A program made the translations under genes and the position numbers. This document shows, piece by piece, positions 18,275 through 29,587 of a stretch of DNA of 59,412 nucleotides (position 1 is the first letter of the stretch; each line of letters begins with the position of its first letter). Source of the DNA: Oceanospirillaceae bacterium (GTDB lineage Bacteria > Pseudomonadota > Gammaproteobacteria > Pseudomonadales > Balneatricaceae); NCBI GenBank assembly GCA_023954795.1, contig JAGSHA010000001.1, forward strand, positions 1 to 59,412, in the 5' to 3' direction. The notes beneath the pieces were generated by a model that was given only the letters and a program-made list of their open reading frames with translations, had not been told where the DNA came from and searched no databases.

Positions 18275-20938
18275 ATGGGAAAGTCTCTGGTAATAGTCGA
18301 GTCACCAGCCAAAGCCAAGACCATTAATAAATATCTTGGTAATCAGTACGTTGTTAAATCAAGTGTAGGTCATATTCGAGACCTACCGACGAGTGGCAGC
18401 GGCCCTAAAAGCGATCCAAAAGAGCGCGCGCGTCAGGCAGCGTTAACCCGGAAAATGTCTCCGGATGAGAAAGCTATCTATAAAAAGCGTAAAGCAAAGG
18501 CGCAATTAATTACCCGAATGGGTGTTGATCCCGAAAATGATTGGGAAGCGGCTTACGATATTTTGCCCGGAAAAGAAAAGGTCGTAGACGAGTTACGCCG
18601 CTTGGCGAAGTCTGCTGATCAGATCTATCTCGCGACCGATTTGGACCGCGAGGGGGAAGCGATTGCATGGCATTTGCGTGAAGCCATTGGTGGTGATGAA
18701 ACGCGATACAGCCGCGTGGTATTCAATGAGATCACTAAGAAAGCGATCCAGAACGCCTTTGAAGCGCCGTCAGCGCTCGATATGGATCGTGTTAATGCTC
18801 AGCAGGCGCGTCGCTTCCTCGACCGTGTGGTGGGTTATATGGTGTCTCCGCTGCTATGGGAAAAAATTGCACGCGGCTTATCAGCCGGTCGAGTACAGTC
18901 TGTCGCTGTGCGTTTGGTCGTAGAACGTGAGCGAGAGATTCGTGCGTTTATTCCAGAAGAGTTCTGGGAGATGCATGCGGATACCGCAACGGATGCGGGT
19001 GAGGCGCTTCGCCTACAGGTTGCGAAAGTTGGCGGTAAAGAATTTCGCCCGGGGTCTGAAGCTGAGACTACCGCGCACCTGAATGCACTGAAGGCTAGTG
19101 CGTTTAGCGTCCTGAAGCGAGAAGATCGCCCAACAAGCAGCAAGCCGTCAGCGCCGTTTATTACCTCTACGCTACAGCAGGCAGCAAGTACCCGGATGGG
19201 GTTTGGCGTTAAGAAGACGATGATGTTGGCTCAGCGCCTCTATGAGGCGGGTTACATCACCTATATGCGTACGGACTCCACCAACTTGAGTGGAGAAGCT
19301 GTCGAGGCGTGTCGCGGTTACATCCAGAAGCACTACGGCGAAGATTACCTGCCGGGTGAAGCAATTCGTTACTCCAGCAAAGAGGGGGCGCAGGAAGCGC
19401 ACGAAGCCATTCGTCCTTCCGATGTAACAGTGCCGCCAACATCGCTGACAGGTATGGATCGTGATGCTGAGCGTCTGTATGACCTCATTCGTTGTCAGTT
19501 CATTGCGTGTCAGATGACGCCTGCACAGTACACCAGCTCACGTATTATCGTAACAGCGGGTGATTTTGAGCTACGGACCAAAGGGCGCATTTTGCGCTTT
19601 GATGGTTATACGCGTGTGCTGGTTGCACGTGGTAAGGGTGATGAAGATGTGATCTTGCCGGATGTGAAGGCAGGTGAAACGCTGATTCTGTCTGAATTGA
19701 CCCCGAAGCAGCATTTTACTAAGCCAACCGCTCGCTTTACCGAAGCAAGCTTGGTTAAAGAGCTTGAAAAGCGTGGGATCGGTCGTCCGTCAACTTACGC
19801 ATCCATTATTTCCACCATTCAGGATCGCGGTTACGTCGAAGTGCAGAACCGTCGTTTTTATGCGCAGAAAATGGGTGACATTGTTACCGAGCGTCTGACG
19901 GAGAATTTCACCGACCTGATGGACTATAGCTTTACTGCGCGCATGGAGGAGTCACTGGATGACATCGCCAGCGGAAGTGCAGACTGGAAAGAGCTGTTGG
20001 GGCGTTTCTACGAAGGCTTTGTTCGTCGATTGGATGAAGCGCAGAGTGCTGAAGGCGGGATGCGCCCGAATGACCCGACAGACACCGATATTGAATGTCC
20101 GGATTGTGGTCGTAACATGATGATCCGCACGGGTAGTACCGGTGTGTTCCTTGGGTGTTCTGGATATAGTCTGCCACCGAAAGAACGTTGTAAGTGCACG
20201 ATTAACCTGGTGCCTGGGGATGAGGTTGTTAGCGTTGACGGCGATGAGGAAGAAGAGTCCCGCATTCTGCGAAACAAGCATCGCTGCAAGTTGTGTGATG
20301 CGGCGATGGATTCTTACCTGATTGATGCCAGTCGTAAGCTGCATGTATGTGGCAACAACCCAGACTGTTCCGGTTTTGAGGTTGAGGGCGGTGAGTTCCG
20401 CTTGAAAGGCTATGATGGCCCAAGTATCGAATGCGATAAATGTGGCAATGAGATGCAGCTCAAGACAGGGCGCTTTGGCAAATTCTTTGGCTGTACGAAC
20501 TCAGAGTGTAAAAACACCCGCAAGTTGTTGAAGAGCGGCGAGCCTGCGCCACCTAAAATGGACCCTGTGCCGATGCCTGAGTTGCAGTGTGAAAAGGTAG
20601 AAGATACCTACATTCTGCGAGATGGAGCCAGCGGTTTGTTCCTGGCTGCGAGCCAGTTTCCGAAAAATCGTGAAACACGTGCACCAAAAGTGTCCGAGAT
20701 CATTCCTCATCAGAGTGAGATTGATCCAAAATATAGCTTCCTGTTTTCAGCACCCGTGAAGGATGCTGATGGTAATCCGGCAATTATCCGATATAGCCGT
20801 AAAACCAAAGAGCAGTACGTAATGAGCGAGGTGGAGAGTAAGGCCACTGGCTGGAAAGCATATTACGTCGACGGTAAATGGGTTGAGGAACAGCCTAAGC
20901 CGAAGAAGGCTGCGAAGAAAACCACGAAGAAAAAGTAA
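18275..20938 (+). CDS. topA: DNA topoisomerase I
   Basis: [56 protein letters not shown]-terminal zinc ribbons. Confidence 0.99.
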   Translation: MGKSLVIVESPAKAKTINKYLGNQYVVKSSVGHIRDLPTSGSGPKSDPKERARQAALTRKMSPDEKAIYKKRKAKAQLITRMGVDPENDWEAAYDILPGKEKVVDELRRLAKSADQIYLATDLDREGEAIAWHLREAIGGDETRYSRVVFNEITKKAIQNAFEAPSALDMDRVNAQQARRFLDRVVGYMVSPLLWEKIARGLSAGRVQSVAVRLVVEREREIRAFIPEEFWEMHADTATDAGEALRLQVAKVGGKEFRPGSEAETTAHLNALKASAFSVLKREDRPTSSKPSAPFITSTLQQAASTRMGFGVKKTMMLAQRLYEAGYITYMRTDSTNLSGEAVEACRGYIQKHYGEDYLPGEAIRYSSKEGAQEAHEAIRPSDVTVPPTSLTGMDRDAERLYDLIRCQFIACQMTPAQYTSSRIIVTAGDFELRTKGRILRFDGYTRVLVARGKGDEDVILPDVKAGETLILSELTPKQHFTKPTARFTEASLVKELEKRGIGRPSTYASIISTIQDRGYVEVQNRRFYAQKMGDIVTERLTENFTDLMDYSFTARMEESLDDIASGSADWKELLGRFYEGFVRRLDEAQSAEGGMRPNDPTDTDIECPDCGRNMMIRTGSTGVFLGCSGYSLPPKERCKCTINLVPGDEVVSVDGDEEEESRILRNKHRCKLCDAAMDSYLIDASRKLHVCGNNPDCSGFEVEGGEFRLKGYDGPSIECDKCGNEMQLKTGRFGKFFGCTNSECKNTRKLLKSGEPAPPKMDPVPMPELQCEKVEDTYILRDGASGLFLAASQFPKNRETRAPKVSEIIPHQSEIDPKYSFLFSAPVKDADGNPAIIRYSRKTKEQYVMSEVESKATGWKAYYVDGKWVEEQPKPKKAAKKTTKKK

Positions 20939-20960
20939 ACCTGTATAGGTTCAGGGGAAG

Positions 20961-21488
20961 TTGATGAGCGGTATCTATCTGGCACGGACTAACCAGAAAC
21001 TGAATTTTTCACGTATTCATATTGAGGCGTTGAAAGAAGCGCAAGGTACAACGGGCTGGAGTAAGCATGCGCTGATCGAATCGTACAATGAATCAGTGCT
21101 TTTTCATCTGGCATCAACGTATGATGCATTCTTGCGTGAAGTGGCAGAATTGTACCGCTTTGATACCGAAACCTTTGTCGGTTACCGTGCCTTGATGGAG
21201 CAATTTGAAAAATCGGGTTTCGAGGGTGCGGAGCTGAACGAGTTAGGGCAGCTGGAAAAAGACCATACAAGCTGGTTGCACAAAATGCTGGCAGCTTATG
21301 AGGCTTGCTGGCACGGCAGCGATAAGCGTGTACCTGTGACAGAGACGAGCAGTGTGTCTGAGATACACGTGGTGCAGGTGAATCCTGATCATGCCGAAGA
21401 CGGTCAGATTATCGTTGAGTATGAAGGTTGGTTGAATGAAATGCGGACGTTGATTGAACGGCTGCGTACCGGTATGCAGGAGTGGTAA
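20961..21488 (+). CDS. DUF6586-like conserved protein
   Basis: RTNQKL.F, ESVLFHL..Y.AFLRE, ELNEL..L, R.GMQEW; same position (topA to sulA) as in Pseudomonas. ATG at 20964 is also possible. Confidence 0.75.
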   Translation: MMSGIYLARTNQKLNFSRIHIEALKEAQGTTGWSKHALIESYNESVLFHLASTYDAFLREVAELYRFDTETFVGYRALMEQFEKSGFEGAELNELGQLEKDHTSWLHKMLAAYEACWHGSDKRVPVTETSSVSEIHVVQVNPDHAEDGQIIVEYEGWLNEMRTLIERLRTGMQEW

Positions 21489-21492
21489 ATTA

Positions 21493-21762
21493 GTGTCATT
21501 AGTGGATGAAAAGCTGGAAACGTTGCTAGAGATTGTTGAGCTGGAAAACGGAGATCTGGCAATTCGTCGAGCTGAAGACGAGGAGAGCGAGCCGCTGATG
21601 GTGGTTGCGTTCTCTGAAGAGCTACGCGAGACGCTGGAAGAAAAGTGTATCGAGGTTGGCCGGATGATGTTGACCGCAGGTATCCATATGGTTGCTGAGT
21701 CGGGCCACAACTTATCGCCGGTGAGCGAGCCGGTTGTTGAGCCTTTGCCAACAATTCACTAG
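21493..21762 (+). CDS. Conserved hypothetical acidic protein
   Basis: LLEIVELENGDLAIRRAEDE..PL..V.FSEE...EVGRMML.AG pattern; GTG start 4 bp after the preceding stop. Confidence 0.7.
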   Translation: MSLVDEKLETLLEIVELENGDLAIRRAEDEESEPLMVVAFSEELRETLEEKCIEVGRMMLTAGIHMVAESGHNLSPVSEPVVEPLPTIH

Positions 21763-21803
21763 TTAAGTTCGCTCAGATGTTTGCGGTAAATCACTAATAA
21801 AAT

Positions 21804-21852
21804 ACCGTCCGTACTTTGGGGGTCTGCAGGCGCTCAGGGTGGGCGGTTTTTT
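21804..21852 (+). terminator. Long G-U-rich hairpin plus U-tract ending the topA operon
   Basis: ACCGTCC/GGGCGGT outer stem, ACTTTGGG/CTCAGGGT inner stem, then a T-run. Confidence 0.65.
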
Positions 21853-21966
21853 ATGTAATCCTGTCAACAGATCCCTCTGTTATCGTGCTCACGTTCCGTG
21901 TGAATATTGTCTTTGGTGTTGTGTTCTTGTCTGAGATCGCAATGCTGTGAGATGCATGGGTTGTCT

Positions 21967-22425
21967 TTAAGCGTTTTGGCGTCCGCGAATTACAATGCCG
22001 TGACTGGAGCCAGCACGTGCAGCATCTTCCAGTCCGTTCAATTCATCTTCAGATAAATATCCAGGCCAAGTAATCACTGCGTGGCAGGTGCCTGCTTTTA
22101 GTGCCTGGCATGAGAGCTCGTAGATCGAATGGTTGTCATCAGGTTTGAGCAGGATGACCTTGCTCAGGTCGATTCCTGCATCGGCCAGTAGGGCTTTTGG
22201 CAAAACAATGGGAGGAGCAACCCAAACAAACCAGCGATCATCCCGGCTTAGTTGCGCCAGCAAGGGCATGAGCATTGGCATGTTGCTGAGTTCATCATCT
22301 CGCATAATGATCTCGGTAACTTTGCCGGATGCTTGTTTGCTCTTAATGAGTGGTGCAGTGGTTTGGTTTGTGGTGGTAAGGCTTGGGCGAATTAATTTGG
22401 GTGTTGCAGTCTGGTGGCTAATCAT
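21967..22425 (-). CDS. sulA: SOS cell-division inhibitor SulA
   Basis: [40 protein letters not shown]; overlaps the lexA stop by 4 bp. Confidence 0.88.
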   Translation of the reverse strand: MISHQTATPKLIRPSLTTTNQTTAPLIKSKQASGKVTEIIMRDDELSNMPMLMPLLAQLSRDDRWFVWVAPPIVLPKALLADAGIDLSKVILLKPDDNHSIYELSCQALKAGTCHAVITWPGYLSEDELNGLEDAARAGSSHGIVIRGRQNA

Positions 22426-23036
22426 AGGTCATTACCTCTGCGTATAACGCCAACACTCAGTCCCTCTATTGCCAAGCTTTGCTCGCGAAGGTCAACCTCA
22501 ATCGGGTCGAACTCCTCGTTCTCGGCAATCAGGTACACCATATGTCCTTCCTGCTTAAAGCGCTTTACCGTTACTTCGTCATCGATACGTGCAACGACGA
22601 TCTGTCCATCGTTTACTTGCTGGCACTGATGTACCGCAAGTAGGTCTCCATCCATAATGCCAATGTTTTTCATGCTTGTGCCCCGTACGCGGAGCAGATA
22701 ATCGGCTTTAGGGTGGAAGAAGTCTGATGAGATCGTGCAGTGATCTTCGATATGTTCCTGTGCAAGGATGGGGGAGCCAGCAGCTACCTGCCCAATGACA
22801 GGCAGTCCAAGATCCTTATCTTCTTCCATGACAGGTACACGGATACCGCGAGACGTACCGGGTATGATCTCAATGGCGCCTTTACGGGCCAGTGCTTTCA
22901 TATGTTCTTCAGCCGCGTTAGCAGACTTGAAGCCCAGCTCTCGTGCAATATCCGCGCGAGTCGGTGGGTAACCGGTGGTTGCGATATAGTGCTTGATGCA
23001 GTCCAGAACTTCCGTTTGTCTTTTTGTCAGCTTCAT
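22422..23036 (-). CDS. lexA: LexA repressor
   Basis: [30 protein letters not shown] cleavage site, GTSM (Ser), VTVKR (Lys). Confidence 0.98.
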   Translation of the reverse strand: MKLTKRQTEVLDCIKHYIATTGYPPTRADIARELGFKSANAAEEHMKALARKGAIEIIPGTSRGIRVPVMEEDKDLGLPVIGQVAAGSPILAQEHIEDHCTISSDFFHPKADYLLRVRGTSMKNIGIMDGDLLAVHQCQQVNDGQIVVARIDDEVTVKRFKQEGHMVYLIAENEEFDPIEVDLREQSLAIEGLSVGVIRRGNDL

Positions 23037-23044
23037 AATCGTAT

Positions 23045-23060
23045 CTGTTTTTTTATACAG
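23045..23060. promoter_or_regulatory. SOS box 1
   Basis: CTGTTTTTTTATACAG, perfect CTG-N10-CAG. Confidence 0.9.
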
Positions 23061-23063
23061 TAC

Positions 23064-23079
23064 ATGTGATTATATACAG
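23064..23079. promoter_or_regulatory. SOS box 2 (one mismatch)
   Basis: ATGTGATTATATACAG, 3 bp from box 1. Confidence 0.6.
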
Positions 23080-23103
23080 TATTCGGGTTCTGTAAAGCAG
23101 CTT

Positions 23104-23119
23104 CTGTTTATATATCCAG
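23104..23119. promoter_or_regulatory. SOS box 3 (dinG-proximal)
   Basis: CTGTTTATATATCCAG, perfect CTG-N10-CAG. Confidence 0.9.
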
Positions 23120-23160
23120 TATTTTGATAACATTGCGCAAAACTTGGTTGGACGACGGCG

Positions 23161-25281
23161 TTGCTCGATAAAAAACTAAAATCAGAAATCCAGTCTGCTT
23201 ACAGCGCCTTCTTGCAAAACCGTGGACTGAAGCCCCGTGTAAGCCAAAAAAAGATGGTTGCACAGATCGCCCGTACTATTGGTGCGATCCAGCAAACCTC
23301 GGAAGGTGAGCGTAACGGCGACAATCATATCTGTGTTGTGGAAGCGGGTACTGGTACGGGAAAAACGCTGGCTTACTTGTTGGCATCAGTACCCATTGCG
23401 CAGGCTCGCAAAAAGAAGGTTGTTGTCGCGACTGCGACAGTCGCTTTGCAGGAACAGCTGGTCATGAAGGACTTGCCACAGCTAATTGCTGACGCAGGTC
23501 TGGTAGTTCGTTATTCCCTGGCCAAAGGGCGTGGTCGGTATTTTTGCTTATCTCAGGCTGAACGCCACTTGGAAGATCAAAACGAACTGGGGCAGATTGC
23601 CTTATATGAAGACGAGATTGCACGAAAGCTCGATCCTGTCGTCATTGATCAGTACCGGACTCTGTTAAATGAGTTTGCTGCAGGCCGGTGGGACGGGGAT
23701 CGGGATACGTTAAGTGATGCCATTGATGAAGATGTATGGCGGCCGCTAACCAGTGATCACCTTCAGTGTACCAATCGGCGCTGTCCCCATTTCAGTATCT
23801 GCCCGTTTTTTCAGGCGCGGCAGGCACTTGATAGCGTGGATCTTATCGTTGCAAACCATGATCTTGTGCTTGCCGATTTGTCGTTAGGCGGCGGTGCTAT
23901 TTTGCCCGATCCGTCAGATACCATTTACATTTTTGACGAAGGTCATCACCTCGGCGACAAAACCACGGGACACTTTGCTTACAGCATGCGGGTGCGCGGG
24001 TCTCAGCGTTGGCTGAGTAAAACGAGCCGTACGCTGAACAAGATGCTGCAGGACTGTGGTGGTCATATTGTTCTGACAGACTATGTGCAGAAGCTTTCAA
24101 CACCATTTAGCGATTTGGAAGCATCGTTGGAGCAGCTGCAATTGCTGTTGGATGGGATGTTCCGTGAACGCATAGGTAGCGGTGAAAAGCGCTTCCGCTT
24201 TGCTCAGGGGATACTGCCGTTGGAGTTGCGGGATGTTTGCTCCGGCCTGGCGGGCTCGGCCGAAAAGGTTGTGGCAAAGTTCGAGCAAATTGTCGATGTT
24301 TTAAAAGAAGCGATGGACGGCGAACTCGCCGATATTCCTCGAGACGTGGCTGAGCGCTGGTATCCTCAGGTTGGGATTTTGTTATCACGGGCGCAGTCGG
24401 TGTATTGGTTGTCCCGTTCCTATTCCAAGGCAGACCCGGAAGGGAAATCACCAACTGCGCGCTGGATTAGCGCATTGGACACTGCTGACGGCGACGATAT
24501 GGAGTGTCGTAGCAGCCCGGTATCGGCCGCGGATACGTTGCGAGAGCATCTGTGGCAGGTTTGTTATGGTGCTGTTCTGACATCGGCCACCTTAACGGCT
24601 TTAGGTAGTTTCTCTCGGATGAGCTCTGACCTTGGGCTGCCTGACGGGTCCAGCTATGAACGTTTACAGAGTCCGTTTGATTTTTATAGTTGCGGGGAGC
24701 TGTATGTGCCTGCAATGAAAACAGATCCAAAAACGCCGGATCAGCATACTGAAGAAGTGGCTGAGTATTTGGAAGAGCATCTGCCTAAGATGTCAGCGGT
24801 GCTGGTTTTGTTTAGTTCCTGGCGGCAAATGTTCACAGTGCTTGAACGAATACCTGATTCCATTAAGAATAGTGTGCTTGTGCAGGGCGATTTGGCGAAA
24901 CATGAAATCATCTCCCGCCACAAAAAACAGAGAGATAAGGATGAGGCCAGCATTATTTTTGGGTTGGCGTCGTTTGCAGAAGGGGTTGATCTGCCCGGTT
25001 CATACCTGACCGAAGTGATTATTACCAAGCTGCCATTTGGTGTCCCGGATGATCCGGTTGACGCAACGATGGCAGAGTGGATTGAGATGCAGGGCGGTAA
25101 TGCATTTGAAGAATGGGCAGTGCCCATGGTGTCTATGCGTCTCACTCAGGCCACGGGTCGCTTGCTTCGAACAGAGCAGGACCGGGGCACCATTACCTTG
25201 TTGGATCGTCGTGTGGTCAGTCGTCGTTACGGACGAAAGCTACTGGATGCGCTACCGCCATATCGACGCAACTTTGCTTAA
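23161..25281 (+). CDS. dinG: ATP-dependent DNA helicase DinG
   Basis: [26 protein letters not shown], Fe-S Cys cluster [37 protein letters not shown]; TTG start. Confidence 0.95.
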   Translation: MLDKKLKSEIQSAYSAFLQNRGLKPRVSQKKMVAQIARTIGAIQQTSEGERNGDNHICVVEAGTGTGKTLAYLLASVPIAQARKKKVVVATATVALQEQLVMKDLPQLIADAGLVVRYSLAKGRGRYFCLSQAERHLEDQNELGQIALYEDEIARKLDPVVIDQYRTLLNEFAAGRWDGDRDTLSDAIDEDVWRPLTSDHLQCTNRRCPHFSICPFFQARQALDSVDLIVANHDLVLADLSLGGGAILPDPSDTIYIFDEGHHLGDKTTGHFAYSMRVRGSQRWLSKTSRTLNKMLQDCGGHIVLTDYVQKLSTPFSDLEASLEQLQLLLDGMFRERIGSGEKRFRFAQGILPLELRDVCSGLAGSAEKVVAKFEQIVDVLKEAMDGELADIPRDVAERWYPQVGILLSRAQSVYWLSRSYSKADPEGKSPTARWISALDTADGDDMECRSSPVSAADTLREHLWQVCYGAVLTSATLTALGSFSRMSSDLGLPDGSSYERLQSPFDFYSCGELYVPAMKTDPKTPDQHTEEVAEYLEEHLPKMSAVLVLFSSWRQMFTVLERIPDSIKNSVLVQGDLAKHEIISRHKKQRDKDEASIIFGLASFAEGVDLPGSYLTEVIITKLPFGVPDDPVDATMAEWIEMQGGNAFEEWAVPMVSMRLTQATGRLLRTEQDRGTITLLDRRVVSRRYGRKLLDALPPYRRNFA

Positions 25282-25286
25282 TACGG

Positions 25287-26645
25287 ATGAATACTTTGAG
25301 TATCGAAGAGAAACAGAACGAGACTACTGCCCCGGTTGAAGCGTCAGGATCAGGTGCTGAGAGGCCAAAACAGCGTCGCCGTCGCCGGGGTAATAATTCC
25401 CGTAACAAGCCGCGTCAGGAGAAAGAGAGCCGCGTTGCGTGGGACGCATCTAAGTATTCCGTGCCTGTGGTTGAAGGCAAAATGCGTTTTCAGGACTTCA
25501 ATCTGCCTGATGTTGTGCTGCACGCAATTGCTGATCAAGGTTTCGAGTATGCGACAGGTATTCAGGCGGAGACGATCCCAACCGCGTTGGCGGGTAAAGA
25601 TATCATTGGTAAGGCGCAGACCGGTACGGGTAAGACAGCAGCCTTTCTGCTGGGGATTATTACTGACCTGCTGGACTTTCCAATCGAAGAGCGCCGGCGT
25701 CTGGCCGAACCGCGTGCATTGATTGTTGCGCCAACCCGTGAGCTTGCAATGCAAATTGCAGCAGACGCGGAAGGTTTGTCCAAGCACGCTGATCTGCACG
25801 TCGTGTCATTGGTTGGTGGCATGGATTATGACAAGCAGCGTCAGTTGTTGAAGATGAAGCCGGTTGATATTTTAGTGGCGACTCCCGGTCGTCTGCTGGA
25901 TTTTGTGAATAACAAAGAAGTGGACCTCTGGAACGTGGAAGTCTTGGTTCTGGATGAAGCAGACCGTATGTTGTCTATGGGCTTTATTCCGGACGTTCGC
26001 AGTATTATTCGTGCGACACCACGTAAAGGTCAGGATCGACAGACGCTGCTCTACAGCGCTACTTTTTCTGATGACATTATGAATTTGGCGCGCCAGTGGA
26101 CCCTGGATGCGGTACAGATCGAAATTGAGCCGGAAAAGAAAACCACCGACAACGTCGCGCAGAAGGTCTTTTTGGTTTCCAGCAAAGAGAAGTACAAACT
26201 GCTGCGCAACTATATCCGCATCAATAACATCGAAAAAGTTATCGTGTTTGGCAATCGTCGGCATGAGACTCGCTCGTTGTCCGAGCGTCTGCAGAAAGAT
26301 GGTATTCGTGCTGCGCTGATGTCTGGTGAGATCACTCAGCAGCGTCGCATTCGTACGCTTGAGGACTTCCGTAGTGGAAAGATACAGGTGTTGGTTGCAA
26401 CGGATGTGGCGGGTCGCGGTATTCATATTGATGGTGTGACTCATGTCATCAACTATCAGCTACCAGACGACCCGGATGATTACGTACACCGTATCGGGCG
26501 TACCGGGCGAGCTGGCGCATCCGGCACCTCTATCTGCTTCGCATGTGAAGATGACTCGTTCATGATTCCTGAGGTGGAAGCAGAAACCGGAGTTAAGCTG
26601 GAGTGTGTTCACCCGGACGAAGGCTTGTTGGCTGAGCTGAATTAA
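25287..26645 (+). CDS. rhlB: DEAD-box RNA helicase RhlB
   Basis: [43 protein letters not shown]; Arg-rich N-terminal extension. Start set at the ATG 5 bp after the dinG stop. Confidence 0.9.
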   Translation: MNTLSIEEKQNETTAPVEASGSGAERPKQRRRRRGNNSRNKPRQEKESRVAWDASKYSVPVVEGKMRFQDFNLPDVVLHAIADQGFEYATGIQAETIPTALAGKDIIGKAQTGTGKTAAFLLGIITDLLDFPIEERRRLAEPRALIVAPTRELAMQIAADAEGLSKHADLHVVSLVGGMDYDKQRQLLKMKPVDILVATPGRLLDFVNNKEVDLWNVEVLVLDEADRMLSMGFIPDVRSIIRATPRKGQDRQTLLYSATFSDDIMNLARQWTLDAVQIEIEPEKKTTDNVAQKVFLVSSKEKYKLLRNYIRINNIEKVIVFGNRRHETRSLSERLQKDGIRAALMSGEITQQRRIRTLEDFRSGKIQVLVATDVAGRGIHIDGVTHVINYQLPDDPDDYVHRIGRTGRAGASGTSICFACEDDSFMIPEVEAETGVKLECVHPDEGLLAELN

Positions 26646-26670
26646 ACAGGCCTAGGTTAGGGAGACTGGT

Positions 26671-26892
26671 GTGTCTGAGGATAAACACAATACTTCGAAA
26701 CTCAGTAATATCATTGCAATTGTTGTCAGTGCGCTTTTTGCAGCGGTTGCAATTGCAGGCTATCAGCGTACAAATGACATTAAGCAGCTGATGCTGTTTA
26801 TGGCACTGGCTGTTGTGGCTTTTGGTGTCGTTAAATTGTTGTTTGTCGGTATCAATAAGCTGCTAGATAGCATCGGTGATGACCGTCCTTAG
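26671..26892 (+). CDS. Small two-TM membrane protein
   Basis: GGGAG SD, GTG start, two hydrophobic helices. Confidence 0.7.
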   Translation: MSEDKHNTSKLSNIIAIVVSALFAAVAIAGYQRTNDIKQLMLFMALAVVAFGVVKLLFVGINKLLDSIGDDRP

Positions 26893-26941
26893 CTGCATAG
26901 GTATAGGATGGTCCTAGAGACCCGTGTGATTGAGTGTGGTA

Positions 26942-26993
26942 AACAAAAAGGCAGTACCGGCAGTCAGTGAATCTGCGGTACTGCCTTTTTGTT
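26942..26993. terminator. Intrinsic terminator (A/T-flanked hairpin)
   Basis: AACAAAAAGGCAGTACC...GGTACTGCCTTTTTGTT. Confidence 0.85.
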
Positions 26994-27092
26994 ATCTGTG
27001 TTCAGAGATAAAATAGGTACAAACATTCCGGTCTCTGGTCAAAGGGATGTTGTGAGGCAGGAAATAATGGATCGAGTTCAAGAGGTCGATGA

Positions 27093-28121
27093 ATGTCTGA
27101 AGTAACAAAAGTCGCGGTATTGGGTGGTGGTAGTTTTGGTACCATTATCGCGAATATGGTCGCAGAGAATGGGATCCAGGTAAGTCACTGGATGCGCGAT
27201 CAGAAACGTGTTGATGAGATCGCGACGGGTCGTGAAAATACGCGTTATCTCCCGGGCTATAAGTTGGCTGAAGGCCTGCTGCCAACGACGGATATGCAGG
27301 AAGCAGTGACCGGCGCACAGCTTATTTTTGTCTCTATCCCAAGCCACTCGTTCCGATCAGTCGTCACGCAGGCACGAGAATGGTTGACGCCAGCTCAAAT
27401 GTTAGTCAGTACCACGAAGGGTATCGAAGCGGAAACCTTTAGTTTAATGAGCGAAATTCTTCGCGATGAGCTACCTAAAGGTCGCATTGGTGTCTTGAGC
27501 GGTCCCAACCTTGCCAAAGAGGTCGCTCAGCGGCAGCTAACCGCTACCGTGATTGCCAGTGATGATAATGAATTGCGAGAGCTTGCGCAGAAAGTGCTGC
27601 ATAGTGCGTACTTTCGCGTGTATGCCAGCGACGACACTTACGGTGTGGAGTTAGGCGGAACGCTCAAAAATATCTACGCTATCGCGGCGGGTCTCAGTGC
27701 AGCGATGGGCATGGGTGAGAATACCAAAAGTATGCTGATGACTCGCAGCTTGGCTGAGATGAGTCGATTTGCAGTTTGCATGGGCGCGAACCCCATGACC
27801 TTTATCGGTCTGGCGGGGGTTGGGGATCTGATCGTCACCTGTATGTCGCCACTGAGCAGGAATTATCGCGTTGGATATGCTCTCGGTGAAGGAAAGACAC
27901 TGGATGAAGCGGTTGAGTCTTTAGGTCAGGTTGCTGAAGGTGTTAATACCTTAAAGCAGGTGAAGACTAAAGCACAGGAAATGGATGTCTATATGCCGCT
28001 GGTATGGGGATTGTATGAGGTGGTATTCAATCATGCGCCCGTTGCTGAAGTTGTAAAAACACTGATGCTGAATGAGCAAAGTACTGATGTGGAGTTTGTT
28101 TTGCCCAGGGATGCGGTGTGA
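27093..28121 (+). CDS. gpsA: NAD(P)H-dependent glycerol-3-phosphate dehydrogenase
   Basis: [65 protein letters not shown]. Confidence 0.96.
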   Translation: MSEVTKVAVLGGGSFGTIIANMVAENGIQVSHWMRDQKRVDEIATGRENTRYLPGYKLAEGLLPTTDMQEAVTGAQLIFVSIPSHSFRSVVTQAREWLTPAQMLVSTTKGIEAETFSLMSEILRDELPKGRIGVLSGPNLAKEVAQRQLTATVIASDDNELRELAQKVLHSAYFRVYASDDTYGVELGGTLKNIYAIAAGLSAAMGMGENTKSMLMTRSLAEMSRFAVCMGANPMTFIGLAGVGDLIVTCMSPLSRNYRVGYALGEGKTLDEAVESLGQVAEGVNTLKQVKTKAQEMDVYMPLVWGLYEVVFNHAPVAEVVKTLMLNEQSTDVEFVLPRDAV

Positions 28122-28561
28122 AAGTCTACTTTATGCGTCATGGGGAGGCCTCATGGAAGGCTTCCTCTGACGCGGATCGCCCGTTAACGGACAACGGTGT
28201 TGTTCGTTTGCAGGCGACACTCCAGGCAAATGCAGAGCGTATGCAGGATGTTGAACATATTCTGCACAGCCCTTATTTGCGTGCGGTTCAAACGGCCCGG
28301 CTCGCAGCGGATGTTTTGGCGGTTAAATCGCTCTCCGATGATGCGCGCTGGACACCTGACTGCGACCCTCAGCAGGCGCTGGAAACACTGGAGTCTTTTT
28401 CAGATAAGACGATACTGGTCGTCACGCATAATCCACTGGTCAGCCGGTTAGTAGGGGGCTTTTGTGGTACCGGTGTCGAGCCTTTTGATACCGGTACACT
28501 GGTGTGCGTGGAAGCGGATTGGCCTGCAATGGGTCTAGGAATGCTGCGCTGGAAATCCTGA
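28118..28561 (+). CDS. sixA: Phosphohistidine phosphatase SixA
   Basis: [28 protein letters not shown]. Confidence 0.9.
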   Translation: MKVYFMRHGEASWKASSDADRPLTDNGVVRLQATLQANAERMQDVEHILHSPYLRAVQTARLAADVLAVKSLSDDARWTPDCDPQQALETLESFSDKTILVVTHNPLVSRLVGGFCGTGVEPFDTGTLVCVEADWPAMGLGMLRWKS

Positions 28562-28685
28562 TCTAACGGGTTTTCTGATGTCGGGTGCTACAGTCCTCCT
28601 AAACCCGGTTTTTATTTTTCTCTCTCTGACGTTTCCCTGTTTTTTGCGTTATGCTTTTCAAATCAGTTAATTGCAGGGATTTTGC

Positions 28686-29540
28686 GTGTCATATTCTGAA
28701 GAACTTCGCTTTGAGGTGAATGGTCATGTCATTGCCGCATTAGCCAGTGGCGATCCGGATGCACCGGTCGTACTTGCTCTGCACGGATGGCTTGATAACG
28801 CGGCAACCTATAATCGTATGGGGCCGTTGCTCGAAGGTGTGCGGTTTATAGCGCTGGATTTGATGGGGCATGGTTTTTCCGATCATCGACCTGCCTCTAT
28901 GCCGTATTATATTTGGGATAATGTGGCGGATGTGATCGCGATCGCAGATGAGTTGGGGCTGGATAAGCTTAACCTCATCGGGCATTCAATGGGAGCCAGT
29001 ATCGCCAGCTTGTTAGCGGGTGCGTTTCCAGAGCGTGTTGAAAAGCTTTGTCTGATCGAGGGTGTTGCACCTTTGGTGTATGAGGCGGATAAACTGCCAG
29101 AACTCATGGCCGAGGCGTTAAATAAACGCAGTAAAATGCGGAACCGACGACTCAAGCCTTATGAATCACTCGATGAAGCTGTCACTGCTCGGGTCAATGG
29201 ACGTTTTCCTGTGAGTGAGCAGGCGTCGCGCTGGTTGGTCAGTCGCGGTGCTGTACGCGGCGAAGATGGTGTTTACTGGCGTAATGACCCAAGTTTGGTT
29301 TTGCCATCTATACTGCGCATGACGGAAGATCAGGTTCAGGCGTTTTTACGTAGGATCAGTGCAGACGTTGATTTAGTGCTCGGGGAAGCTGGTTTAGATC
29401 TGGATCGACTTGATGAACGTATCGCCTGTTTCCGGTCGCTCAAAACGCACCGTTTTCCTGGTAATCATCATCTGCACCTTGAGCCAGAAGCGGCGCAGTT
29501 GATTGCGGATCTTGTGAATGGCTGGTGTACGGATAAATGA
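28686..29540 (+). CDS. Alpha/beta fold hydrolase
   Basis: LHGWLDNA, DLMGHGFS, GHSMG, GNHHLHL. Confidence 0.9.
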   Translation: MSYSEELRFEVNGHVIAALASGDPDAPVVLALHGWLDNAATYNRMGPLLEGVRFIALDLMGHGFSDHRPASMPYYIWDNVADVIAIADELGLDKLNLIGHSMGASIASLLAGAFPERVEKLCLIEGVAPLVYEADKLPELMAEALNKRSKMRNRRLKPYESLDEAVTARVNGRFPVSEQASRWLVSRGAVRGEDGVYWRNDPSLVLPSILRMTEDQVQAFLRRISADVDLVLGEAGLDLDRLDERIACFRSLKTHRFPGNHHLHLEPEAAQLIADLVNGWCTDK

Positions 29541-29587
29541 TCTGATCCCTGCCGTATAACAGGGTGTTGATATGCATGGAGGTTTCG

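Noticed and set aside
20941-20954. CTGTATAGGTTCAG before the DUF6586 gene as an SOS box
   Set aside because: Only 8 nt between CTG and CAG.
25113-25286. Extended N-termini in the ORF track (rhlB; likewise phaC, phaE, uup, phaR, MFS, FimV paralog)
   Set aside because: They overlap neighbouring genes or promoters; downstream starts have better SDs and match family N-termini.
27020-27092. GGA motifs in the gpsA leader (also in the slt leader) as CsrA sites
   Set aside because: Not clearly presented in hairpin loops; GGA alone is too frequent to support a call.
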